NCBI GenBank assembly: GCA_036785375.1
Contig: JAWMAR010000043.1
Coordinates: 6,634,001 to 6,698,000, forward strand
Source: Leucoraja ocellata
Lineage: Eukaryota
Reading direction: 5' to 3'
DNA: 64,000 nucleotides
In this document: one piece after another, positions 13,416 through 24,861 of the stretch
How the letters are laid out: every line of letters starts with the position of its first letter
How positions within the stretch are numbered: position 1 is the first letter of the stretch
Position numbers and translations under genes: made by a program
The notes under the pieces: generated by a model
The model's database searches: none
What the model saw: the letters and a program-made list of their open reading frames with translations, nothing else
What the model was told of the DNA's origin: nothing

Positions 13416-14852
13416 TCCTCACCCTCAACAACTTTACATTTGACTCCTCCCATTTCCTCCAAACACAAGGCGTAGCTATGGGCACACGCATGGGCCCCAG
13501 CTACGCCTGCCTCTTTGTCGGGTACATTGAACAATCCTTGTTCAATACGTACCAGGGCCCCATCCCTGACCTCTATCTCCGTTACATTGACGACTGTTTT
13601 GGGGCCACCTCCTGCACCTACACACAACTGACTGACTTCATCCACTTCACCACCAACTTCCACCCGGCACTCCAATACACCTGGACCATTTCCGACACTT
13701 CCCTACCATTCCTTGACCTCACCATCTCCATCGCAGGGGACAGACTTCTGACCGACATACATTACAAACCCACTGACTCACATGACTATCTGGACTACAC
13801 GTCTTCCCACCCTGCCCCCTGCAAAGACTCCATCCCCTACTCCCAATTCCTCCGCCTACGCCGCATCTGTTCCCAGGATGAGACATTCCATACCAGGGCA
13901 TCGGAAATGTCCTCGTTCTTCAGGGAACGGGGATTCCCCTCCGCCACCATAGATGAGGCTCGCACCAGGGTCTCGTCCATACCCCGTAACACTGCTCTCT
14001 CTCCCCATCCCCGCATTCGCAACAAGGGCAGAGTCCCCCTGGTCCTCACCTTTCACCCCACCAGCCGGCAAATACAACACATAATCCTCCGCCATTTCCG
14101 CCACCTCCAACGTGACCCCACCACTCGCCACATCATCCCATCTCCCCCCCATGTCTGCCTTCCGCAAAGACCGCTCCCTCCGCAACTCCCTTGTCAATTC
14201 TTCCCTTCCGCACCCCCAGGTACTTTCCGTTGCAACCGCAAGAAATGCAACATCTGTCCCTTCACCTCCCCCCTCGACTCCATTCAAGGACCCAAGCAAT
14301 CGTTCCAGGTGCGACAAAGGTTCACCTGCATCTCCTCCAACCTCATCTACTGCATCCTCTGCTCTAGGTGTCAGCTGATTTACATCAGGGAGACTAAGCG
14401 TAGGTTGGGCGATCGTTTCGCCGAACACCTCCGCTCAGTCCGCAATAACCAACCTGACCTCCCGGTGGCTCAGCACTTCAACTCCCCCTCCCATTCCCAA
14501 CCCGACCTCTCTGTCCTGGGTCTCCTCCATTGCCAGAGTGAGCAACAGTGGAAATTGGAGGAACAGCACCTCATATTCCGCCTGGGGACCTTGCGTCCGG
14601 ATGGCATTAACATTGAATTCTCCCAATTTTGCTAGCCCTTGCTGTCTCCTCCCCTTCCTTAACCCACTAGCTGTCTCCTCCCACCCTCCTATCCGCCCGC
14701 CCTCGGGCTCCTCCTCCTCCCCTTTTCCTTCCTTCTCCCCCCCCCACCCCCCATCAGTCTGAAGAAGGGTTTTGGCCCGAAACGTCGCCTATTTCCTTCG
14801 CACCATAGATGCTGCTGCACCCGCTGAGTTTCTCCAGCAATTTTGTGTACCT
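13416..14852 (+). mobile_element. Penelope-like retroelement (Neptune-type), 5'-truncated, inserted in a CR1 3' UTR
   Basis: RT motifs QTQGVAMG and YLRYIDD, Cys-rich linker CNRKKCNIC, GIY-YIG nuclease (LIYCILC..IYIRETKR..RFAEH). 18-bp TSD TAGCTGGGACATTGTTGG at 13398-13415 and 14853-14870. Confidence 0.95.
14755..14790 (+). ncRNA. Minimal type-I hammerhead ribozyme motif in the PLE terminal repeat
   Basis: CUGAAGA-A-GGGU(UUUG)GCCC-GAAA-C-GUC. PLEs are known to carry such motifs. Confidence 0.7.
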
Positions 14853-14927
14853 TAGCTGGGACATTGTTGGCCGGTGTGGGCAAGTTGGGCCGAGGGCCTG
14901 TTTCCACACTTTATTGCTCTAGTTTGA

Positions 14928-14931
<4 letters not shown>

Positions 14932-14965
<34 letters not shown>

Positions 14966-15177
14966 TTTATTTATAGAACACTTTAAAAACAAACATAGCT
15001 GCAACAAAGTGCTGTACATCACTAATCATTGATAAAAAAAGTTAATACACACCAAAAATAACAATCAAAAGAAATAGTAGGAAAAGACATGTAAAAAAAA
15101 GAAACATCAAAAACACCACAAACAGAAGCAAAGCCTCAGGCATGGTCAAAAGCCAGGGAGTACAAATGTGCTTTAAC
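14932..15177 (-). mobile_element. L2 LINE 3' end
   Basis: Minus strand encodes LKAHLYSLAFD, followed by a 3' UTR and (TTA)n tail like the L2 at 28287. Confidence 0.75.
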
Positions 15178-15317
15178 TAACTACAGGCTGCTGAAAACTC
15201 CTAAAGTCCTCAGAGTCTGTTTAAGCTGGTGTGGAGAGCTGGTCGCAATATTTCACTGCCGGGGAATAGTGTTGCATTTGTTACAAGTGCAGCAGCACTT
15301 TTCGCATGGAAACTCTG

Positions 15318-15465
15318 CGACACAGTAGCACAGCGGTAGAGTTGCTGCCTTCCAGTGCCTGAGAACCACGGTTCGATCCTGTCTGTACAGAGATTGTATG
15401 TTCTCCCTGTGAACGCATGGGTTTTCTCCGGGTGCTGCAGTTTCCTCCCACATTACAAAGACATT
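15318..15465 (+). mobile_element. HE1-type SINE 5' fragment
   Basis: GCACAGCGGTAGAGTTGCTGCC A-box region and GGTTCGATCC B-box. Confidence 0.75.
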
Positions 15466-15765
15466 AGAGTCATTTGTCCTAACCGTAGTAGTACTGCAAG
15501 TCAGTCTGAGTGAAATACTGCGTGATTTTTTCTTTGCACCAATGTGTGGACTTTTCATGAAATTTCTGACTTTCTTTGTATTGTAATAAGGAGACCCCAT
15601 AGAGTGAAACACAAGAGCTGTGTCTGACCATTTGTAAGTTGGGATGCTGCCATCTGTTTTCATATTTTAAAAATGTTTATTATATTATTAGACTGAAATG
15701 AAGCTTTAACCTTCTGCTGCAAGCCATTCATTTCATTGATTTCCAACTACTTTGCAGGCTTCCTT

Positions 15766-16113
15766 CTTTTTATTTTATTTTTATTTGTATTTTATTAGAA
15801 GCAATGTATAGTAGTATAGACTGCGGCATATGAAAAAAAAACATTTAACGTACATCTTCCATTTTAAATTTAACAATAAAGAAGTAAAACAAGAGAGAAA
15901 GAGCGAGAAAGAGAGAAAGGGAAAGAAATAGTGAAGTGTAAACCCCTAGACTACCAGATGGTGCAGTCCAGGAGTGAATGAGTAAAAGCCTCTAGAAGAA
16001 TAAGAAGACAAAAACCAAAAATAATAAAGAAAAATAAAAAAGGGACCCTTACGTGTTGATATACCTGCCTCATTTCTCACCACACCCATCACCCTGTCTG
16101 TGAATCAGTTTAA
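15766..16113 (-). mobile_element. Poly(A)-tailed retroposon fragment (L1/Tx1-like 3' UTR)
   Basis: T-rich tail complement with TTTATT; 15-bp TSD TTTGCAGGCTT(C/T)CTT at 15751-15765 and 16114-16128. Confidence 0.65.
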
Positions 16114-16299
16114 TTTGCAGGCTTTCTTACATTGCAGAATGGAAAGTAAGAAACCCACACGTCAATGGATATGTTTGGATGCAAATAAAAGGATTGATTT
16201 GTTTCTGTACGTCATTAGAAACTACTGTAAATAAATTCATGTTCAAAATGTTCAAAAATAATTAAAAGACTCAAAGCAGAGACTATTATACATTCAAAG

Positions 16300-16500
16300 A
16301 TGGAGATTATTTTGCACACAGCAAGATCCAGCATAACAAAGTGATGAATGACTGCAAATGGTGGTGTTTGAGCAAGAGATGTTAGGAGAATGTTCTGCTT
16401 TGCTCTGGGCGGATCGGAACAGGCATCTACATTCTGGTTATGTCTAAAGTATGGTGTCTTACATCATGTATCAGCTATTTCAATGTTGTGCTGAGGCTTA
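16300..16500 (-). mobile_element. Ancient Deu-domain SINE remnant (SacSINE1/AmnSINE1-like)
   Basis: TTTGCACACAGCAAGATCC...GGAGAATGTTCTGCT resembles the complement of the Deu-SINE body, recalled from memory. Confidence 0.45.
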
Positions 16501-16604
16501 TTAATTGACGGGAGGAGTGCACTCATGAAACCATTGAGTCAATTTCATGCTGTTCATTACCATACTGTACACAACCTGTCCAAGCAACATCAAGATAACG
16601 AAGG

Positions 16605-16695
16605 AAGACACAAAATGCTGGAGTAACTCAGCGGGACAGACAGCATCTCTGGACAGAAGGAATGTGACGTTTTGGGTCGAGACCCTTCTTCAGAC
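16605..16695 (-). mobile_element. Penelope terminal fragment with degenerate hammerhead motif
   Basis: Minus strand CTGAAGAAGGGTCTCGACCCAAAACGTC (GAAA box mutated). Confidence 0.75.
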
Positions 16696-16832
16696 GCTAT
16701 CAAGATAGCGAGCTCCTAATGATTCAATATGAAATGAAACCTTTCACATTTTTTCAACAGGCATTGCCATTAACCTCCCAAAAGATGCTTGCAGAAGTCG
16801 CAAAAAATCACCATGAGTGTGGGGTGCAAGTT

Positions 16833-17309
16833 GTCACTGTGTGTCAGTGAGTGTGAGAGTGAGTGTGTGACTGTTTGTTAGTGTGTGAGAGTGAGTGTGT
16901 CACTGTTTGTGTGAGTGTGAGAGTGAGTGTGTCACTGTGTGGGGAGAGTGTATGTCATCATGTGTTAGCGTGTGTGAGGAAGGAGTGTGTCACTTTCAGT
17001 GAGTGTGAGAGTGAGTGTAACTGTCAGTGAGTGAGGGGTGTGTGTGTGTGTGTCACTGTCTGTCAGTGACTGTGAGTGTGTCACTGTCAGTCAGCGTGAG
17101 AGTGTGTGTGTCACTGTCAGTGAGTGTGAGAATGAGTGTGTCACTGTCTGTCGGTGCGAGTGTGTGTGTGTCACTGTCTGTCAGTGAGTGTGAGAGTGTG
17201 TGTGTCACTGTCAGTGAGTGTGAGTGTGTGTGTCACTGTCAGTGAGTGTGTGTATCACTGTCAGTGAATGTGAGGAGTGTGTGTATCACTGTCTGTCAGT
17301 GAGTGTGTG
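16833..17309. repeat. (GT)-rich minisatellite, unit ~GTGTGTCACTGTCAGTGA; resumes at ~18996-19040
   Basis: Direct inspection of repeated units. Confidence 0.85.
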
Positions 17310-18769
17310 TAGAATAGAATAGAATAGTTTCTTTATTGTCATTGTAACATGAACCATGTACAACAAAATTAAAAAATGTCAGCCAGTCAGTGCACCATTC
17401 AAACATTTCTAAAAGCTAATGATACATACAAGATAAAATATTAAAAGATAAACAACTAAAATAAATATCATGAAAATAGCACGCATAAACACCCAACCCT
17501 CCATCCTTCTGTCGATTTCACAGTGTACCACATTCCCTTAGTATATATCGCCCCTGCGTTCCTTGGTGGCTACATTTAGTGCTTTTATAGCAGTGGGGTA
17601 AAAACTGTTAGTCTGTTCGTCCTTGTCCTTGTAGATCTGTACCGTCTGCCTGACGGCAACAGTTCAAACAGGGAGTGTCCGGGGTGGGAAATGTCCTTTA
17701 TAATACTCTGGGATTTTTTGATGCAGCGGGAACTGTGTAAGTCCTCCAAGGTAAGGAGAGGGCAGCCGACAATCCTCGGGCGTTGTCAATGGCCCACTGG
17801 AGCGCTTTCCTCTGAGCCGCTGTGCACACGCATACACACGCATACACAGTATGTTAGTATGCTCTCAATGGAGCACCGATAAAAGGACAGCAGCAGTCTC
17901 TGAGTGATGTTATTCTTCCTGAGCACCCTCAGGAAGTGCAGTCTCTGCTGGACCTTTTTCAGCAGCGCAGTGGTGTTCACGCTCCACGTCAGGTCCTCCT
18001 CAATATGGATTCCCAGGAAGCGGAAATCCGCCACCCTCTCCACACAGTCCCCTCTGATAATCAATGGTACCATGTCCGTTTTATTCTTCCTAAAGTCTAT
18101 TATTAATTCCTTTGTCTTTAAGGTGTTGAGGAGCAGGTTATTTTCTTCACACCACACTGTCAGCCGCTCCGCCTCATCCCGGTAGGCGTACTCGTCCCCC
18201 CCGGAGATGAGTCCCACCACCGTAGTGTCATCCGCAAATTTGACAATGGAGTTGCTGTGGTGGGCGGGGGTGCAGTCATGTGTGTAGATGGTGTAGAGCA
18301 GGGGGCTCAGTATGCAGCCCTGTGGAGAGCTGGTACTGAGGCTGAGGGCCGTGGATGTATGATGGCCCACTCTGACTCTCTGGCTGCGACCCGACAGGAA
18401 GCTATTTATCCACATGCAGGTGGAGTGTGGAAGTCCCAAGTCCCCCAGTTTGTCCACCAGTTTGTGGGGAAGGATGGTATTAAAAGCAGAGCTGTAGTCC
18501 ACAAAGAGCATCCGCACGTAGCTCCCCCGCTGCTCCAGGTGAGACAGTGCAGCATGGAGAGCTGTGGCTACAGCGTCCTCTGTAGATCTATTTGCTCTGT
18601 ACGCAAATTGGTGGGGGTCAAAGCTTCGGGGCAGGAGTGATGTGATATGATCCTGGACCAGTTTTTCAAAACACTTCATCACCACTGGTGTGAGTGCGAC
18701 TGGCCGGTAGTCGTTGAGGCTGGAGATGTTGGTTTTTTTGGGCAAGGGGACTATGGTGGAGGACTTCAG
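17310..18769 (-). mobile_element. Rex1/Babar LINE RT and 3' end
   Basis: ORF 17786-18745 has [51 protein letters not shown]; tail TGACAATAAAG(ATTCT)n. Confidence 0.95.
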
Positions 18770-18977
18770 ACTGGGAGGTGTTTGAACACCGGGACCTGGA
18801 GGTGTTCACAGACAGTGTACTGTGTTACATTAAAAACTGCATGGACACTTTCACAGTGGACAAACGCATCCGGGTCTACCCCAACCAGAAGCCCTGGATG
18901 ACCCGAGAGGTCCAGTGGCTGTTGAAAGAGAGGAACACCGCTTTTAGGTCTGGCGATAGGGCTTTATACAGCACGCT
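18767..18977 (+). mobile_element. Inverted upstream piece of the same Rex1/Babar ORF
   Basis: DWEVFEH...YPNQKPWMTREVQWLLKERNTAFRSGDRALYST is the Rex1 pre-RT linker, in opposite orientation and abutting the main body. Confidence 0.8.
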
Positions 18978-19544
18978 GCAGACACACTTACACGACAGTG
19001 TGTGTGTCACTGTCAGTAAGTGTGAGGAGTGTGTCATTACTATGATAAGTGAGTTGGGAGGAAGGAAAGCAGCCAACGTCTGTCCACCAGTGTGAGTGGA
19101 GAAGAGAGAGCTGTTGCCTTTTGGTCCTAATTTTGCAGCGTAGGCAGTGCCTGTCAGTGAGTAGCAAGGCTGCCATGGATGTTTCACTTCACCCAATTTA
19201 TGAAGTCATGGTTATTCTTCCAACATTTCTGCATGTATCTCCTATTGAGCTGGGCTCCACCATGACCACTTGCCTGGTGTTCCTGGCTTTTGTCCTGCAA
19301 GGTGCCGTGGGGTCAAGAGAGGAAAATCTCTACTAAACACTTTGCGGCATTGATTGGTGAAGTGGATCAGAGAGCTGGCTGGCTTTACTCTGCTACTTCT
19401 CCCTGCCTTTTTAATACTTCACTTTTTGCAAACTGCGGCTACAGTGCTTGTGCAAGTTGTGCTCTGTGATCAAAGACTGAGATCCATTGGCACCTATTGA
19501 GAATACTCCATCCCTCTGCTTATTGGTATTTTAGGTCTACTAAT

Positions 19545-19727
19545 GGGTTTTCTCCGGGGGCTCCGGTTTCCTCCCACATTCCAATGACGTGCAGGTTTGT
19601 AGGTTAATTGCTATCTGTGAAAATTGTCCCCAGTGTGTAGGATAAAACCAGTGTATTGGTGATCATTGGTCAGCGCGGGCTCAGTGGTCTGAAGAGCCAA
19701 TTTCCACGCTGTACCACAAAACTAAAA
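19545..19727 (+). mobile_element. HE1-type SINE 3' fragment
   Basis: GGGTTTTCTCCGG..GGTTTCCTCCCACATTCC core and tail. Confidence 0.75.
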
Positions 19728-19890
19728 TAATGTAGAGTAGATACATTTCTACGCCACTGCTTCCTAAAGTGGAAAAGAAATGACGCAGCTTCCATTGTTT
19801 CAGGTCATTTTATATTCCATGTGGCATTTCTTTCTTCGTTTTTTTCTTCAAAAAATGCAATATCATTATAACATTTAACAATCCTGCTGC

Positions 19891-20028
19891 TTCTTCTTCT
19901 TGCGAATGGCATGCACAGCCTAAAGTTGTAAGACAACTTGTTCTGTTTGATCTTCTATTTGTGCACGCCAGATTGTTTGCATTCGTTGAAACAGGGTGGA
20001 CCACGTGAAGGTTGCAATCTCCCACCCC
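19891..20028 (-). mobile_element. Short ribozyme-headed retroposon with (GAA)n tail, copy 1 (Ingi/Vingi-like bipartite element)
   Basis: Homologous to 40275-40418; imperfect TSD AATCCTGCTGC/ATTCCTGTTGC; tail CCATTCGC(AAG)n on the minus strand. Confidence 0.8.
19975..20028 (-). ncRNA. Minimal HDV-like (CPEB3-like) ribozyme, copy 1
   Basis: GGGGUGG-GA-GAUUGCA-ACC-UUCACGU-GGU-CCACCCU-GU-UUCAA-CGAA-UGCAAAC gives P1, P2 (1 mismatch), P3/L3 and J4/2 CGAA. Confidence 0.75.
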
Positions 20029-20279
20029 ATTCCTGTTGCAAGCTTGCTGTGGTTTCTGTCATTTTTTATCCTTATTCTGATTAAGTAGCTGGGAATGTAT
20101 AAAAAACAGTGTACATGTCACAATTGCTATCATTTATTACCAATGATGAATGGGTATTCTTGTTTTGTTAATTACAAATTTTAATTACAAAGTGCAACTG
20201 GAATTTAGCAGTTTAGAATTTGCACTGAGGTAAGATCCATGTTAAGGACCAACAGAATAAGTCAACAGGATAATACCAG

Positions 20280-20800
20280 GGATGATTTCCATCCAGGGAC
20301 CACAGCAGCTTTTCCAGGTTCATGTGCAACTCCTCAAACCTCCCCGATTGCATTTGGTGCTCCCAATATGGCCTCCTGTACATTAGCAAGACCAAGCATA
20401 GATGAGGTGACCATTTTAACAAACACTTTCGCTCAGTTGACCAAGGCCTACTGGATCTTCCGGTTGCCAACTATTTTAACTCCCCTTCTTATTCCCCTAC
20501 TGGCCTTTCCATCCTTGGCCTCCTCCGTAACTGGAGGAACAGCGTCTCATATTCTGCTTGGGTAGCTGACAACCATGGAATATCAATGGTCTGAACATTG
20601 AATTCTCCCGATCCTTATTCTCACATCACCAGATTGATGTACACATTTCTCACTCATTCTCCCAATCCCTAGTCACTCTTTTTCTCTCCGCCATACGCTC
20701 ATCTCACCCCCGAGTCCAACATTTTCCTTTTAAACCTCCTCTTTACCCTATCCCATTCCTTTCCACCCATATCCCTCCCTTACATCTCATTCCACTTGTT
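20280..20800 (+). mobile_element. Degraded Penelope GIY-YIG fragment and pyrimidine-rich 3' UTR; terminus continues at ~21735-21992
   Basis: Similar to 14290-14640 (AGGTTCATGTGC.., TGTACATTAGCAAGACCAAGC, GGAACAGCGTCTCATATTC, AACATTGAATTCTCC). Confidence 0.7.
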
Positions 20801-20805
20801 TCCTT

Positions 20806-21325
20806 CAATGGTCCAATGGTCCTTTATTGTCACATGTACAATTTAAGGTACAGTGAAATTTGATTTACCGTACAGTCATACCAGAAAAAGCAACAAGACA
20901 CACAACTACATAAAAGTTAACATAAACATCCACCGCAGTGGCTCCACCACATTCCTCGTTGTGGTGGAAGACAATAAAGTCTTATCTTCTTTCCTCCTTA
21001 TTCTCCCACGGATGGGGCAGTGAAACCATCCGCAGACGGGATGATCGAAGTTCCCGCAGCTGGTAATTGAAGCTCCCGCATCGGGGCGATCAAAGCACCC
21101 GTGATCAGGGCGGTCGAAGCTCCTGCGGCTTGGAGCTCCCAAAGTCGGTTCCTAACCAAGGGACCACGAGCTCCACGATGTTAAGTCCACAGGCTCCAGC
21201 AGTTGGAGCTCCCAAAGTTGATCCCCAGCAAAGAGTACCACCAGCTCCTCGAGTTAGGCCGCAGCACGGACAGAGATACGATATGAAAAAGTTGCAACTC
21301 CGTTGAGGAAAGAGACTAAAAAATG
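20806..21325 (-). mobile_element. Non-autonomous GC-rich retroposon with Rex1/Babar-type TGACAATAAA tail
   Basis: Homologous to 54660-55135 in the opposite orientation; TTTATTGTCAC at the left end. Confidence 0.65.
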
Positions 21326-21649
21326 TTTCCCCCAAGAAGTGGAGAGGGGGGAGGAGAGATAGAGATGGAGATAGGTGGAGAGGTGGGATGGGAAGGAGAG
21401 GTGGAGAGAGGGGGAGGAGAGAGAGGGGGAAGAGAGAGGGAGAGGAGAGAGAGTGGGGAGGATGGGGAGGAGAGAGCGGGGAGAGGGAGTGAATGGGGAG
21501 GGGGAAGAGAGGGTAACAAAGGATCTGCATTGTTTAGGACAGAGAGGGGTTAGTGTAGGTTCAATACCAGTGTCTCAATCTAACTGCTATGTTCCATAGA
21601 CATAATATTGCTTAAATATATAAGTGTAGGTCAAAGTTTTACCTCCATT

Positions 21650-21713
21650 TATTAATTATGGCAATAGATGTGGCCCGTCATCCGCTCATGCAGAACAAGG
21701 TTGCCGACCCCTG
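21650..21713. mobile_element. hAT (Charlie-like) terminus
   Basis: AAGGTTGCCGACCCCTG is the complement of CAGGGGTCGGCAACCT, preceded by TGTGGCCC. Partner TIR not found. Confidence 0.5.
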
Positions 21714-22719
21714 CACTAAAACATACATTTAACAACATACTTTTGTCTCTTTTACACCTCTCGCCCTTGTCACTTATACCAACCATCTGACAAACAATAC
21801 CGCCCCTCCCATCCCCTGCACATCTCCTCTGTGTCCAGCTATCACATGCCAGGCTTTGTCTTGCCCCCTCCCCCCCCACCCTCCCTTTTCCAGATTTATC
21901 CTCGTACTCTATAATCAGAGTCCTGACCTGAAATGTCATCTGTCCATTCCCTCCACAGAATCTGCTGAGTTTTTCCAGCACTATGTGCTTTGAACAGGAT
22001 AATATCACCATTCACTCTGAACATGACGTATTCTTTTTTAAAGGAGAAGTGAAATAATTCTAAATGTTATGAAATGGAGACATTTTCCATACGATGCTTT
22101 GCTTCATTCCTGTGCTTGTGTATCCGTGGGAAATCTTCTATTTACAAGGATATTTATATGGCTGCAGATACTGTGTGATGTAAAGCATTGGAGAGGGATG
22201 GAGTGAGTGTGCGTATGTGTGTTCTGTTGTCCATTAATAGCCTATTAGCATGTTAAAGTGATTTAAACATTTGACATTACAAGATATGTGAAGCAGGCAG
22301 GCAGAGTGCTCTGGGGATATGATCAAGTGCTTCTAAACTGGCAATTTTCAATGCATGGGGCCTTCTGACGAAATAGCACTTGTGGTTAATGAGGTGCATA
22401 GACTCAGCCAGGTGGAACTATTACAATCCAGCCACTCTCTTAACATTTTAACATCACGTTCACACCAAAACAGCAGATTGCATTAAAACCCATGCACCTT
22501 CTTATGATTTAAAACATGACTGAACAGAATAGTCTGCTGCAGGATTAACAGGTGACCCCCAGAAATGTCTGGAGTCTTCTCCACCAAATGGCTGTAATTG
22601 TCACACCACTGGACCTTGTTAGGGCTGATCCGAATGCTTCATAATGCAGCAGCAGAAAAATCAAAGACACTTTGTACCAAATCTCTTGTGCTTACGAAAG
22701 AAGTTGCTTGCGTACATTT

Positions 22720-22880
22720 ACCTGTCAGGCTGCGTCCTGCCTCTCTCCTCTTCCAGCGTTTTTCTCCCCCCTCCCCCCTACGATCGGTCTGAAGGAGAGT
22801 GTTGACCTGAAACATCACCTCGCCAGTTTCTCCAGAGATGATGCCTGAGCTGCTGAGTTACTCCAGCATTTTGTGTCCTT
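22720..22880 (+). mobile_element. Penelope terminal fragment
   Basis: GTCTGAAGG...GACCTGAAACATC...GCTGAGTTACTCCAGCATTTTGTGTC. Confidence 0.7.
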
Positions 22881-23169
22881 TATTTATGTACATTTCTCTC
22901 CCTGACGAAAATAAACTGCTGGGATAGAACAATCAGATAAAAGTGTGCAACATTTTTATCAATTCATTAACCTATTTTTAACATTATTACGTATTAAAAA
23001 TGCATTGATAACTTTATAATCCTAATATTGAACACTGGAAATGAACATTTGCAGTTCAGGCTTGGAATATTACTGATCCCGCTAAATATTCTGACAACTG
23101 ATCTTGACCAGGGGAAAGTCCGGTAGGGTATACGCACTTGGCACAAATTCAGCTGCGATTCAGTGCTGG

Positions 23170-23740
23170 CCCCAATCTAGACAAGTAAGCACATCATTTG
23201 GGCTGTAAATGGTGTGCTGTCTTTTGAAGCGAGCCTGCTGCCTCGGATGTACAAGGACCCAACTGCAGGCTCAGCTCCATGGGAGAGGATAGGCTGCTGA
23301 GCCCGGCCTCTGCTCGCCCCATTGTTCGGGAGTCGGGAAAGGGGTGGAAGGAGATGGTGACAGCGGCGTCCGCTGGACAAAGGGTCCAGGATAAAGTGAG
23401 AGGAACCAGGGGGGAGGTCTTACCTTCGTTCCATCGAGGTCAGCTGCAGGAGTCGTCCCCCATGGAATGAGAGCGTTGAGTGGGACCCGGGCGTGGAGTG
23501 GGGCATCGGATTGTGGGACATGGAGGCGTCCGCTGCAAGGGGCCTTTGTGGCCAGCTACAGCTGGGACTGTAAAATGGCACCAAAATAGCGCCTCTTGCA
23601 TGTGGACTCAGTGGGCTGTTCTGTGCATGCTGCACTGACTGGGGCGATTGTGCTTATGTACGGGGATAATTTTGCTGAGCTGCATGCAAAAATTGTATTT
23701 CATTGTACCTGGTAGACATGACAATAAAAAAACCATTGGA
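23170..23740 (+). mobile_element. Old GC-rich non-autonomous retroposon with TGACAATAAA tail
   Basis: Ends TGTACCTGGTAGACATGACAATAAAA; left boundary approximate. Confidence 0.45.
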
Positions 23741-23744
23741 ATGA

Positions 23745-24292
23745 TTAGATGTCATGGCATTGAAGTTCTCCTTGGTGTCCTGACATATTATTCCTCGACA
23801 TGCTAAAGGAGATATCCAATACATTATAATTTATGGTTGTGTGTGGGAGTTGACGGTGTGTAAATTAGATGCTGCACTGTCGATATTATAGAACTAAAGG
23901 GCGGCCATGGTGGCGCAGCGATAGAGTTGCAGCACTGGAGACCCGGTTTCGATCCCGACTACAAATGCTGTCTGTACGGAGTTTTACGTTCTCCCCGTGA
24001 CCTGCGTGGGTTTTCTCAGAGATCTTCGGTATCCTCCCACACTCCAAAGACATACAGATTTGTAGGTTAATTGCATTGGTTAATGTATAAATTGTCCCTA
24101 GTGTGTGTTAATAATAGTGTTAATATGCGGGGATCGCTGGTCGACGCAGACCCGGTGGGCCAAAGGGCCTGTTTCTGCGCTGTATCTCTAAACTAAACTA
24201 AACTGTTGACATTTTAAAGCTTCCCGACAGTAAAGCTCTTTGGAATAACCTAAGGTCATGGTGGATTCTATGGTAATACAAATTATTTCATC
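23745..24292 (+). mobile_element. Ancient Deu-domain SINE remnant, interrupted by an HE1 SINE
   Basis: CATGGCATT..GTTCTCCTTGGTGTCCTG..TGTGGGAGTTG..GTAAAGCTCTTTGG..AGGTCATG L2-type tail. Confidence 0.5.
23899..24203 (+). mobile_element. Full-length HE1-type SINE
   Basis: GGTGGCGCAGCG A-box, GTTTCGATCCC B-box, core, GGGCC.AAGGGCCTGTTTC tail, (CTAAA)n. Confidence 0.9.
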
Positions 24293-24861
24293 CTGAGGTG
24301 TCTTCAATCCCTAATGTGCACTCTCAGCACAAATTGCTCAGTGCCAGTTAAAATCAATGTCGCAACGTCAGAGTGGTTCTTCCAATTAGTGAGGTTCATG
24401 TCAGAACACTTAAAGCGCACATACAGCATTTGTGTGCACATATTTTTGCAAAGACATTTAATTTGAGCGGTTTAACGATATAAATAAAAACAGTACCTGC
24501 AGGAATGTAGTATGGGAATGTAACATGTTTGCATTTCCATTAAAAGCTCTGCACTACACTGTCAAGTTGCTGCATGCTCATCCGTCATCTACCCATTTCT
24601 GGTTCATTATTTTGGATTGTTGCGATCTCATCAATCATAATTAAATAAGACCTGCGTTCCCACCCTTTTAACTTTTCCCCTCCCTTGCACTAAGTTTGCA
24701 TAATAGTTCCCCGCAGCATGCCAATACAACCTAAAACATTTATCATGTAAAGATATAAAGATTTGTGGTATGTGTTAAAAAAAACATCTGCCCATAAATG
24801 TATTCATCCCATTTTTTTATCCTTAAGTGGGAAAAGGATACAAGTAGGATGGAAAATACTT

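Noticed and set aside
13127-14428. 182-aa and 190-aa minus-strand ORFs
   Set aside because: Antisense shadows of PLE and CR1 coding sequence.
13349-14635. 428-aa ORF as an intact gene
   Set aside because: The N-terminus comes from CR1 sequence, the RT is 5'-truncated, and an internal segment is out of frame.
21340-21512. Purine/G-rich tract with G-quadruplex potential
   Set aside because: Low-complexity (GA) sequence adjacent to TE fragments, with no evidence of function.
23899-23965. tRNA gene
   Set aside because: The A/B boxes belong to HE1 SINE heads and there is no complete cloverleaf.
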